Source of the DNA: Strigamia acuminata
Taxonomy: Eukaryota
Direction of reading: 5' to 3'
Length of the DNA: 64,000 nt
Assembly: GCA_949358305.1 (NCBI GenBank)
Contig: OX442314.1
Location: 11,532,001 to 11,596,000 of the forward strand
Each line of letters opens with the position of its first letter. Positions within the stretch are counted from its first letter, which is position 1. The translations under genes were made by a program, and so were the position numbers. Below the pieces are notes generated by a model. The model searched no databases and was not told the DNA's origin. It worked only from the letters and a program-made list of their open reading frames with translations. Positions 46,301 to 59,113 of the stretch are shown piece by piece.

Positions 46301-49300
46301 TGAGAAAGGGGAATATGAATTTTTAATGCTAACATTTTTATAATTTGTTAATTAAATTGCGGGAGAGATGAGTTCAGAGTGGTGAGAAAGAGAAATAGGC
46401 GTGCTTGAGGAACGTACCCAGCGGTCAGCTTCACTGCACGGTGCGAGTGTTTCGGAGGCAAGTCGTCTTGCGGGCGGTGTTTTGCTATTTAAAATGCTGT
46501 AAAATAGAGAACGCTTCGTTAGTTTGAGTTTTTTTTTTTTTTTAAACACGCTTTAATGCTGAAACAATATTTTGTTTTTGAAAGTATTTTGCAAGACAAA
46601 TGAAATGAGTTAAATCGTTGTTGGTTTAAGCGGCTTGTGAATGATTCAATGCTTTTTAATGTTTTAAAAAACAATTTTCTCGAAGGAAATAAAAATCGAG
46701 GAACAAAAGTTTGCTCGAATTAATGATTAAAAACAAATTAGCTTTGCACATGCTCCAAATCCAACATGATTTGTCTTTAATAATATTTTTTTCCCGGCAA
46801 AGAAATTTTTAATTCATCCAAAACGCGCAACTGTTCACGTTTTAAAATCACAAAAGCCCCCTTTTGCATTTTTTTTCCACCATCAAGAACTCGGAAAACG
46901 ATGGAGAAAAAAAGAAAACCTACTTTAAACAAAGTCGTTTCATAAAGGAGTAAATTTTATTTGCATAGAATCGTCATTAAGACAACATTGTGTGAATGGT
47001 ATGTACTCTGAGAAAACCGGCAACCCGAGTCATTTGCTTGTGTGCCAATATTGATTTTAATATTTGTAATTATTAATTAACATTTTTTCCCCCTCTTCCT
47101 TCACTCCTTTCCTCTCACAAGAGTCATTATACGTTTGTCTTTTGCAAAACTTAGTTATGCAACAGCCGCGTGTTTCACGCAAAGCGGGGAGTTCATATTT
47201 CAAAGATAAACATTAGATTATAAACTTTTTCTTTTTAATCCAAACACACCCTTTGGCTATAAACACAAGACGCCATTTTTTTAAATATAAAAAAAAAAAA
47301 AAATTTTAGTTTCTCAAAATTAATTACTTGAAATTTCCCACACATTCCAACTTCTTCATCGTCAAAAACTTGTGTTTAACTTATTTATAAAAGCACTTTA
47401 GAAACTACTTTCAACTTTCGAAAAGTTAAATAAATAAAAATACATCACGACACAAAAACAAATTAAAAACTTCCCAAATTTCTCCACCCATCAAATTAAA
47501 GTAAAAAAAAAAAATTATATATGTAAAAACTTTGTCACATGAGCAATAGCGCTTTAAACTTCTCCATATTTACCTTAAAAATTCATTACAGATCTCTCGC
47601 TTCTATTCTCTCTCCACCCACATCTTTTTTCTCTCTCTTTTGGTATAAATTTTCTCAATCTCAGTTGCTTATACTGAAAATAAAAAAAAAGAAAAAAGAA
47701 AAAAAGTTCTGTGAACAGAGGATAAAGAGAGAGAGAACGAGAAAGAGAATGAGAGTGAGTGAGACTCACAGCTCTGATCTCTTTGTCTAAATTTTTAAGC
47801 TCAAGTGATGAGCCAAAAGGAACTCATAATTTATGTGCAAAGAACCACCCCGAAAAACAACTCGATACACTCGGGCTTTTAGAAAAATATTTATACGTCT
47901 TTATGTGTCTAAAAATAAAAATAAAACTTTAAAAAAAAATAAAATAAAAATAAAAAATCGCCTCGAAAGCGCTGGGAATTAAAACACATAATCTAAACTA
48001 CACGGCCAACTCTGCAGTTGTAAGCATAAAATAAAAAAAAAATAAAAACGAGCTCAAATGTGTGGCAGCCATCATCCATTTGATAAGGGAGAAAACGCGA
48101 GCAGGCGCCTTAATTGAAAACTATTTATTCTGAGTCCAGACAAATAATTTGGCATCCAGCAGATGAGGAGGAGGAGAAGCAGTTGCCGTGCTTCACTTCC
48201 CTCTAAAATACCAGACCCCGGTTGGCGTGAGTAATGACCATCCTAAAACTTAATGTGCATAGTGTTTAACATCTTAATTATGAAGTGTATCCCCCGCTTT
48301 TCTTTATCTTAATGCGCCTCATATTGACAAAACCAAACAAGCAAACGCATTTTATTATGACTCTCTTTTTTGCGCACTAACACCGGATTCAGGTGTCGGA
48401 AATCGAACTTTTCGGAGGAAGGAGGAGGGCGAAGCCAGATATACATAAAAAAAATTGCCCGGATGAAGACGTTGATGGTCCATGACGTGGTCGAGCGAAG
48501 CAATGCCCCTCAGCCGTCTAAACCCGAGGCGGCAAAGTTCGATAAGGGCGTACATTATGCAAAATCACTGGTGGCTCCACCCACGCCATTGTTTCAGCGT
48601 CCCAGCGCGGCGACACCATTGGTGCTCGAGCTGTCCGGAGTAACGCAATGCCCGGATGTCGTGAGGAGCTTGATGGGTTTAGGCGGGAAAGGGTGAGCGA
48701 AGAGGGAACAACCCCTTCCAACACTCGGGGAAAGGGTTATGAACAAGTATAGAAAAGAGGGGGAAGGGAGACGCGCAAGACGAGAAAGAACGAGAGAGAG
48801 AGATGGGGGTGGATGGAAAGGGGTATCTTGACAATAACAGGACCTCTTTCTCCTCCTCCCTCCTTTTGCCATTAGTCCAGAAGCGAATGAGTAAGAGAGA
48901 GAGAGAGAAAACAGGGCACGAGCACACGCTTTCATTTATGGAAGCTTTAAATGCCAGGGGGCCGCGAACGATCAAAGATATTGTCCACGTCATGTAATAA
49001 TAAAACGAGGAAAATGAGTGCAGCTAAAGTTTCCGATTTTGCAAATGTGTTAGAAAGTTTTTCCCAGTTTGTCTCTCTCTCTTTCTCTCTCTCTCTCCCT
49101 CCCCCGCCGCCCCCTTTTCCCGTTCGCAAATGATTCAGAGTTTGGTAGTTTGTAGCCAAAGTTTAGTGTGTCTTTGTTGTTGATCAGTTGTAAAAATCTT
49201 AAAAGCCTTCGTGCTGTTGCACTTAAGAGAAGGAGGAATTAAAAATGGACCATTGAGATGTGTTATTAAACGATGGATGCATCGTTATTGCGTTATATCT

Positions 49301-51777
49301 GCAACGGCGAAGTTTTTATTATGGAATAGATGCGAATAATGGCAACCCTAAAACTCAACTCAATTTATCCCCAAATGAACATTAATTATTTTTCATTTCG
49401 ACTCTCAATAAGATGCAGATGAGAATGTGACGTGTGTGTGATTAAAGCGGAATTCCGGTGATTTAATGGGCAAGCTGCCTCTTAATGAAATGTTTGTTAA
49501 TGTTACCTTTTTGCGAGGCAATACACAATAATTTACAAAGAAGGAATTTTTATCTCGATCGCAATGTCGTTGAATATGCAAATAAAATGGCCAATATTCG
49601 TTAGAAGATTTTTTTTTTCTTCCCAACAATTTTTTTTTTTAATTTTTTAATTTTTTCTTCCATCTCGTACAACTCGAGCGCAAAAGCAATGTAAATGATG
49701 GCTTGATGCGAACCATTCGAAACACATTATCCACTTCATTTTAACACGCACCAAACTAACGATAAAGGAAAAACTTAAAATCCTATATGTGCGCACAAAT
49801 GCATCAAAATTCTATTTTTTTCTCCTCTCTTAACCCTAAACATCTTCCCCGCTAATGATTCTAATTTTAATCACCACCTGGACGCATGTACAATGGCCTC
49901 GGGACTGCCGTTTTCTTCCTCGGAGACCACGAAGACATTCATTAAAAAGTTTGTGCAAAATTGCCGAAAAACTCTCCCTATTTAATGCGAGCGCGAATTC
50001 CTCGTAGTCATTGTGCATTCTGTTTGTGAGACTAAATTCATTTTTGTTTGCTTACGAAAATAAAGTGAAGAGCGGGAATTTCTATGTTATTATTGTACCT
50101 TGGGGAGTAACCAAAGGATTAAGTCGAATGGCAACGCGTTTCCCCAGCCGCGGGCACGATGCGACATCACTCGATTCGTCCCTGTAAATAAAAAAAAAAT
50201 AAAGTTAAAAAAGTTGGGTAAATAAGACATTTTTATTTTTTAAAAATTATATCGACAGTTAATTGAATTGCCCGCCTAGGAATCGGCTTTTCTGCATGGA
50301 CTGTATAAAAAGCAAAACTTTCCTTTACCTTTTTCTTAAATTATTCCCTATTTTTCTTTTTCAATTGATGAATAAATATCAACGACAGTCTCTTGTATTT
50401 ATTGGACTTTTTTCTAATGAATCGCCCGCCTAAATGTTGGCTTTTCCTCGCCCTATGGACAATGCAGGGAAAGCAGCAACGGATTTAATAATGTTTGTTT
50501 ATTCAATACAGATCAAACAAAATAAACTGACTAACAAAATGAAAGGAAACAGCAAAAAGGTCATATTTGAATAATGAGTCGAAAAAAGTTTATATCCATC
50601 TATACGTACTCGTATAAACAATACTATTTACAGTACCTGCGCACGATTTATTTCATTTCTTATTCAAACACAAACATTTTTCGTGTATCAACAAGCAAAA
50701 CAAAAGTCATTTTAAGACTGCCAGTTGAAAAAATCCACGTGCAATCCTTTTTTTCATTCTTTTTCTTTTCCAGAGATAAACTCTAAGACAAACAGGTGAA
50801 CTTCATCGTTAGCACCTTCATTTGAAGTAAAATTTGAACTTAACATCCTTATCCAAAATCAGCTTTAGACAGAAAAAAAGGTAAAGCTGGCACCTTAATT
50901 CACCGTAATCAATAATTCCCATTGCAAGATAGTGTCGTTTCTCTTACACAGTAAACCTGAAATATTTAATTAGCACGACCGTATTGGCGATAAAATTGAC
51001 AAATGTCGTCAAAGGTAAAACACAACAACTGACATTTTTGCCAACTTGCCAACAAACGTGCAAATTAATTCTTGTGGTTTACGTAACGGGTAAATTAACG
51101 ATTTCTGGCTACGTTACGCGTTATGGAAACATCAAAAGGTATAAAAAATTTGTTCTTTGACCTATTGCTGCCGTTTGTAAGGTTTAACTCAATGGAAAAC
51201 AGTGGTACGAGTAAACAACAAATAGTAACTGTAACTTTGCAACACAAAAAATGAATTTACACCGGTAACTGGTTTGGGAAAACCTCCGTGTATACAATAC
51301 CCAGGAATGTGTCACAACACAGCTTACTTATAGAAAAATGTAAGTAAATGTTGTTATTTTAAAACAGAAACATGCCTCGTAGCTATTTATGCACAAAAAC
51401 ATTAATTTTTACATAAAATTTGCCGATTTAACACATAAAGCAAGGTCGTGGTACGTGGAAAAATACCGTGTTGAACCCTCGTAGCAGGATAAAAACAAGT
51501 GATTTGTGAACACAAGAATGGAGTTTTAATATACTTGTGTTATCTGCTGTATATTGTATGCGTATACTGAAAATTAGTCGTTAAACGCTAATAATGTACG
51601 TCGAAAAGATATTTTTTAAACTTTAATTAGATTATATAAATTAATCTATAATGAGAAGTAGAGTTCCACATAGTTAACTAAAATAACATATATCTTAACT
51701 CATTGTTACACATCAGCTGGAAATTAAGCATGCATTCGTGAATGCGCCTAGTGTTTATTTAGCATCTTTTGAGTTGT

Positions 51778-52200
51778 AAAGTTGCTAATTTACACACAAA
51801 TTTGCCTAAAACCTTCTAATTTAGACACAAATTTGCCTAAAACCTTCTAATTTAGACACAAATTTGCCTAAAACCTTCTAATTTAGACACAAATTTGCCT
51901 GAAAGTTGCTAATTTACACACAAATTTGCCTAAAACCTTCTAATTTAGACACAAATTTGACTGAAAGTTGCTAATTTACACACAAATTTGCCTAAAACCT
52001 TCTAATTTAGACACAAATTTGACTGAAAGTTGCTAATTTACACACAAATTTGCCTAAAAGCTTCTAATTTAAATTTACACACAAATTCGCCAGAAAGCTG
52101 CTAATTTACACACAAATTTGCCTAAAAGCTACCAATCTACACAAAAATATACCTAAACATTGCTAATTTTCATAGAAACGATCATAAAACTGCTAATTTT
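51778..52200. repeat. 31-bp minisatellite, about 13 copies
   Basis: Unit TTCTAATTTAGACACAAATTTGCCTAAAACC, with a variant containing GTTGCTAATTTACACACAAATTTG. It decays toward the 3' end. Confidence 0.95.
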
Positions 52201-54364
52201 GGATATGAATCAAGAAAAAATCACTAAACGTGCTGACTTACAATTACAAACCTGCAGTATTTCCACACGATAAACATTTATTTAATCCAAACAAAACAGT
52301 TTTCAAACATTCTATTTCAGTCCTGCACAGATCAAAGTCGAACAATTGTTCCCAGAACAAAAACAAATCAAAACAAGAGGTCACTTTACACCACAGAATT
52401 AAAAAACAATCAGTCAAAGAGGTCAAATCCCCCCTTCCCGATACACTATAATCCCCTTGTTACTATCGCATGTCTCGAGTTCAAGAATAAGCTCCGAGTA
52501 TAGTCTCAATCTTGTCAGACCACGATTTGTTTTCTTTACTTCGCGAACAAAAGGAAAACCCAACTCGCTCGCTCTAAGAATTAATTTATAAAACCCAGAG
52601 ATGGGACGGTGAAATCTGATTGGACGTCTGTCTCCTCTTTCTTCAATTCCCAACGGAAATTGGCCGACCACCCCTCCCCCCTCCCCCTCCCCCCACATCC
52701 ATCCTGAACGCTTCTAATCACCGAAGGAGCAAAACTTCTCGAGTTGCACGCAAGCTAATAAGACAAGCAGCGTCTTTGTGTTACCAACAGACTTTAATCA
52801 AATGACAAAGACAACACACTTCTACCTCCTCGTGCACCTCCCGTACCCCCCGTGCCACCCTCCACTCCCCCTGCTTGCCATTCCGAACACGCCCACGCCT
52901 ACAATTAACTTCTTAAGACGCAACTCTTTTTTTTCTTCTTCCTCGTCTTCTTTAGTTGTATGTTAAACTGAGGATGTAAACAATGGCTGCCGCCTCTTGT
53001 TTTTGCACTGAGGAAATGCTTTTCCGGTCACATGATCCTCGAGTATCGATTACTAAGAGGACGCGCGTCGTCACGGCAACACAGATGGCAGAGGAAGAGT
53101 TACGACGCACGATAAGAAAGGGAGAAATTCAAAAAGTGGACAAAGAAAATAGCTGTATCTGTGCAATAAAAATGGAAATTTTCTTTTTAAATTTAAAATA
53201 TTTGTTTTTATTTTATTTTTATTTTTATTTTTTTAAAATTAAAATTCTGATGTTTCTTCGTTTGGAAACAAAGTTTTTAAAAGTTTTAATTTATTTTCTT
53301 TTTTTTCTTCTAAATTTATAATTTTCATTAATTTGTTGCTGGCCCCATCACGCAGTTGAAAAGTCAAATCGAGACTCAACTCGACAGCAAGATGAATCCT
53401 AATGAAAAGCAGTGTAGACTCTTAATACCATTTGCAACACGAAAAAAAAAAAAATAGATTCGCAAGGATGTTCATCGAGCGAAAAAGTTAACCAAGTCTT
53501 TTAATCTTAATGCGCACCTGCACTTAAGTGTATACGGCTAATGATATTTACGCAAGTAGACATTTAATTACACACGAGAATTTCACCGACTTCTTCCACG
53601 CTTCAATAAACCCCACCATATTTCTCACGATAAACTTTTCGTAAAACAAAAAGAAAAAAAAGAAATAAGTTCGTCAAAACTTTCTACTCAAAAACATCAT
53701 AATTTTTTCCTTTTTTCTTTTTTAAATTCCGAAGTAAACCTTCGAGTTGAAACGTGAATTACCAGTCGAAACGTGTCGGGATAAAGTCGTAGAAGAGATA
53801 TGTATACGAGCATTGCCATTCTTTTCCACGTGATAAAAAGACCGCGTGTCCGTTCTACCTTCTTTGTGTTGCTCATTTTTCCCTTTTTTATTAGTCGAAT
53901 AAATTCTTTCTGCCCTTGATTTAGCTAAATGAGTGGCAAATGAATATAAGCACACTCGTTTTTCAAATATTATCACACATCCGGACCTCGAGTTTTATAT
54001 ACGGTAATGTAATATTCGTGATACGGCAGCCGAGTGAATAATTCAACTTTATTTTCATAAATACTTCAGGTCATTATTAAATGAGAGGAAGCTTATGTGC
54101 CAGCGTGACGAGCCCAATTAAGTGGCAGCCAACACTTTTCTCTTATATACAGATTTTTTTCTTCTTCTTTTTACTTCTGCTTTCTTCTTATCATTGCACG
54201 TCCTATCAATTATTCACCCGCCCTCCACACCCATCTGCATGTTCACAATGGAAATCTTATTGCAAACGAAAATTTTAAATTTCACCATATGCAAATTTCT
54301 CTACTTTATAACTCCGTCGCAGAAAGGAAAAGTGAAACAAGTCAACTTGTTGTCCTTGTGCGTA

Positions 54365-54693
54365 AATTTTAACAATTTTCGAGCTAAATTCGTGAAAAAT
54401 TCATTATTTTTTATCTATTTTATTCATTTTAAATTCTAATTTCATTTTTATTCATCACAAATGGACACAATTGACCACAAAAACAACAAAAATCCAAATT
54501 AAAATATTTTCATCGAATCAAGTCAAATATTTTGCTATAATTTTAATAATTTTCGAGCTAAATTCGTGAAAAATTCATTATTTTTCTCACTTTTTCATCT
54601 ATTATATTCACTTTAAATTCTAATTTCATTTTTATTCATCACCAATGGACACAAGTGCCCACAAAAACAACAAAAATTCAATTTTCATCGAAT
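54365..54693. repeat. Imperfect tandem duplication of about 155 bp (54365-54519 and 54539-54693)
   Basis: Both copies contain AATTTTCGAGCTAAATTCGTGAAAAATTCATTATTTTT ... AATGGACACAA ... CCACAAAAACAACAAAAAT ... TTTCATCGAAT. Confidence 0.9.
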
Positions 54694-57600
54694 TTTTTTT
54701 TAGCTTAAAATAAAAACATTAGGTCAAACCCAAAAGGTTAGAACGCCTTTCACGCTATAATTGCCTCCACCATGCAGGAAAACGAGCGTTGAACGCCAGC
54801 ATTTGTGCTCGGATTCGCTGTGGCCACACCAAAAAAGTTGTCCTGGCACGGCGCGCGCGAAGCCATGCGTCGTTCGCCCGAAAAACAGCGAGGGACACTC
54901 GAGTGGAAACGAACAGGTAATTAGGGACGCCGGGTCAGACGCGACACCTCACCTAGAGCGAATCCTCGCACACAAACGCACCTGGCAAGTCCTTATAACC
55001 AGGTCGCAACACAAAATCAAAATTAACATTATAAAAAGAAGGTCCGAGACCCCGCGCACTTAACCCTTTCAACACAATACAAAACCAGAAAAGAGGGGCG
55101 GAATTCATTTCAATATCACTCGAAATAGAAAAACAGCCAAACTTAATATTCAAAACACTTCATTTTTTATTCTTCTATATTTGAGCATCCATCAATGCAA
55201 ATACACAACGCCCCCGCCCGGAACAAACATGAAGTGGTTGAAGAAAAAAAAAAAAAAACTGCAACGGAGAAATCACCTTTCTTCTTCGGGGCCCCGAGAT
55301 GGAAAGAGTCGGTCATCATCGAGATTCGACAGTCCGAAAATGATTTTTCCGTGCACACTGAGCTGAGTAGCTCGTGCTGTACCTCAGATAGACTTGTCAC
55401 GGATATTGATGGGATCAGCCGCACGAAGAGGCAGTCAAGGCGCATGCGCCTAGGTCATCATACGCCGTCTGTCAGCTGTCCTCTTTTCCTAGGGCCACGG
55501 TAATGGCCCGGCAACGTTGGAAGACCCGAGGGAAAATGGAGAAAATGGCTGAAGAGCGCGTGACAGGACCCAACAAGCCGGGCAAAGCAAAAAGCAAGGC
55601 AAAACTGGAGCACCTGTCGACAAATAGAGACAAGAGAGAGAAACAAACGACGTTTTGCATCGTGGGCTAGGCCCGTAATGTGGAGTATGTCAGTTTGGGC
55701 AAGAAATATCACGTCATTTAGCAACGTGTCGAACGGATACAATAATGCATTGAGAATTAAGGGTGCATTCAACGTTTGACAATTATCAGCTCGAGTCGAG
55801 ACCCAATTCGTGAAGGCTCCCACATTTTTCACGGAGGAGAATGGATTTGCATATCCTGCAAAACCTTCCCCTTCTCGTCTATTTTAGAGCCAATCCTTCA
55901 AAGAGGGAGAAGAGAAGAAGGGGAGCAAAGGGAAAGACGAACGAGACAGACTCAGCACTTGCGATCGAGTGAAATTTCTCTCTCTCTTTCTTTCCTTTTA
56001 AGAATCGTGGAATTAATTCCACTGTCTGCATGACGTCACTCTTTCTCAGCACTCGTTTCAATGTGCAAATTTACTTACAAAACATTTATATACGTGTGTT
56101 TGTTTCAATTTGGTGCTTTAGAAATACAAATAAATACTGTATGGTGCCGGTAATGAGGGAAATGCAACATATTTTATACTTTTATTTATTTTCTTTCGAA
56201 TAAACTTGGTGCGTCGATTCCCATTCGATTATAACAGGTTTTATGTTCCATGATAAGTAGGCATTTTCCAATCTCTTCAAGCCAGGTCAGCGTTGCCATG
56301 GAGACAGGGGGGGATTGAGCCCACTAGCCGGATTGAGAGTGACCTCCAGTGCCGGGGTCAAGGCGCCAATAATGGCGTCCATCAAAGCCACCCAATGCCT
56401 TGATTACACGCTTCAATGAACACCGCTGACACAGGACTGGCAAAAGAACGAGGAATAGAAAGAGAGGAAAAAAGAAAGACCTTTTCAAGTAGGCATTTTA
56501 TATCGAATGGATTTCCGACCGGCTATGAGTTACAATACGGATGATCGTTGCAGAGATGACTGAAATTCGTGGAAAAAGAATTGAGCTGAATAATTGAACA
56601 GTTGTAGCAAAACTATTCTAAATAAATTTAATTTAATCATTTTTGGTGCACCGTTTGGTGTGTATCCGCTTTGTAAGTTTTCATTAATCAACGACCAAAG
56701 TTGGAGATTCGAAGGCGGTCAGAAAACGCCCAGGTTCTAACCATAAAGAATTATTAGAGGATTAAAAATTAATAAATTAATTAAATTAATAAATAATTCA
56801 ACTTTTTTTTTCATCTCGTTTAATTTATTTCACATTGGTCGTGTCAGAATCAGCTACCGAAGACGATTCGCTATTGCTCCGTGTTGTGTCTCGCATGATG
56901 CGGCTGTCTTAGGGCGTTTCCGGAGTTATATATTTTAGCAAAAAGGGGAGGTTGGGGGGGAGACGCGAAGGAAAAAGACGAAGAGGGTCCGCAACGGTGT
57001 GGTGAAGCAGCCTGGGGCCATTCATCTACTTCTGACGAGGGTTTTTTTTTTTTTTTTTTTTTTTTCTTTCTTTAAAAGCATGGCGGGTTCCAATTATTTC
57101 CACCAGTGTGATTAATCGAATTCCCGTTTCCAGCCACAACACCTGAACCATCATCTGTCCCCTTTCCCTTTTTATCTTTGGGAGAAAGAAAAAGAAGAAA
57201 AAAAAATTCGAATTTCTTCAATTACAGACAAAAAAATCAGAAAATTCGAAACTCCCACAGCTAATTTTACTCCCTCGTATAAACGCAAATTATAAGAAAC
57301 CAACATGACGTCACATCTATCACATCGCAGTCTGTCTCAAGTGTCATGTCTCCACAAATCCCCTTTTTTTTTCTTTTTTCCCTAACCCAACTCTTGAATG
57401 AATGGTCCCCATTTCTAATTCCCAACCCTAATCTGCATGAAACCCGTCCTAACTTAACCCTTTACATGCGCGTGCTCACCTCTGAACTTGACAGAAGACG
57501 CTCGGAAAAACCAAAATGTAGCGCCGGACTAACCATCCACTTCCGGGGCCCAAATGAGGCCCCTTTTCCATATAATTGAAACGATTTATAATTATGCAAC

Positions 57601-59077
57601 ACCTAAAAATTAAATTTTTGCTATAAAATTATTTTTAAAAAATTCCCTTTCAACGAAAACTTTTAAAAATCTTGTAAAAACACATTTTATAATCAAACAA
57701 TATAAAGAAATTCATTGTTGGAAACAATTTTTGGCTGCAACGCACAATTATAATTATGAAACGCACAAAAATAATTTTTGAGGCTTAATGATGACGTCAA
57801 AATTCAATTTTCTTAATTTTTTAAATTTCTAAACATTTATAAAAATATATGACTTTTTTAAAAAAAATTTTGGTCAGGTTTTCGCTGGTTTCAAAGGGTT
57901 TTGTCACGACCATCGCAAAGGATTATGGGCGAGGGCTCGTCGGCGCCGATCGGACGTTTATCATCTAAGAAGGATGAGGTTGTGGTCATGGATGACAGAG
58001 GGAAAAGGGCTTGTCCAGCGAGGGCCCGATTGCCTTGAATAATGGCTCCACTTTTCAAATTCACCCATCCCTCCACCACCCCACCCTCTCTCACTCCTCT
58101 ACGGTCCCCTCCCCCTGCTCCACTGTCTCCACCATTAGCATATAGCGTCCACCTCATCACAACGAACGACATCAAATACATCTTCATTTTTCTTCCGATT
58201 CAAATCGAGAAAAAAGTTGAACTTTTCGCATATTTTTTCCAAAATATTTTTTTTTTTTTATAATAAATCCTTTTATATATAAATCCTTTCAACGCATCGA
58301 CTGTATTTTTAAAAAAAATGAAAATAAATCTACGACAAAATTAAAATTTAGCAAAAATTGTTGTTTTTAAGGATTTTTTTCTTCTTTTATTTATTTATAC
58401 ATGAGAATTCGTTATAACGAGGGCGGCGGTGGCCGGGGTCCATATCTGGCGGCGTGAGTGGCGTCCGTGACTATCGCAGCCTACGAATGATCATCGCATA
58501 TGCAACAGGGGGATCTGCTGTTATTTATTTGCCAAATCGCGCCTGATTGAGCGACGCTTGGTGGTCATATAAATGCCGCACTTTTTTTTGCGTGCTTCTC
58601 AGCGATAAGCAAGAAGGAAAAGTAAAAGAGCAATAAAAATTTTCATATATTTCCCATTTCCTCTGCTTTTAATACGGATAATTCCTTCACACTTGTAACA
58701 AGATCAAAACTCGCGGCGCATCCATTCATGCGTTAAACAAATGTGGGCCTTAAAAACCCATTTCCAACATCGCCGACCCCCCCAACACCCACCCCAACAA
58801 ACCACCACAAAGTTATATAACATAAAAACTAATAATTAAAAACTATACCATATATATCTCCCAATTGCGCACCCGCGCACAATTGGAGACTCGCGCGATA
58901 ATCGGGGCAATAAAAGGAGGTAATATTTCACTGCGAAACATTTTGTTTTGTTTACTATTATTAAAATAATTATTATTATTGTTGTTGTTGTCTTCATTTG
59001 ATCATTAATTTGATTTTGCTGTAATTTCCTTGTTTCATTTATTTGATTTCGTTTGGGGGGCCAGAATTAGGTATTTA

Positions 59078-59082
<5 letters not shown>

Positions 59083-59112
<30 letters not shown>
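59083..59112. repeat. (ATT)n microsatellite
   Basis: About 10 tandem units. Confidence 0.9.

Positions 59113-59113
<1 letters not shown>

Noticed and set aside
48370..48696. 108-aa ORF ending near a GTGAGC donor-like site
   Set aside because: No recognisable domain, no convincing acceptor or codon bias.
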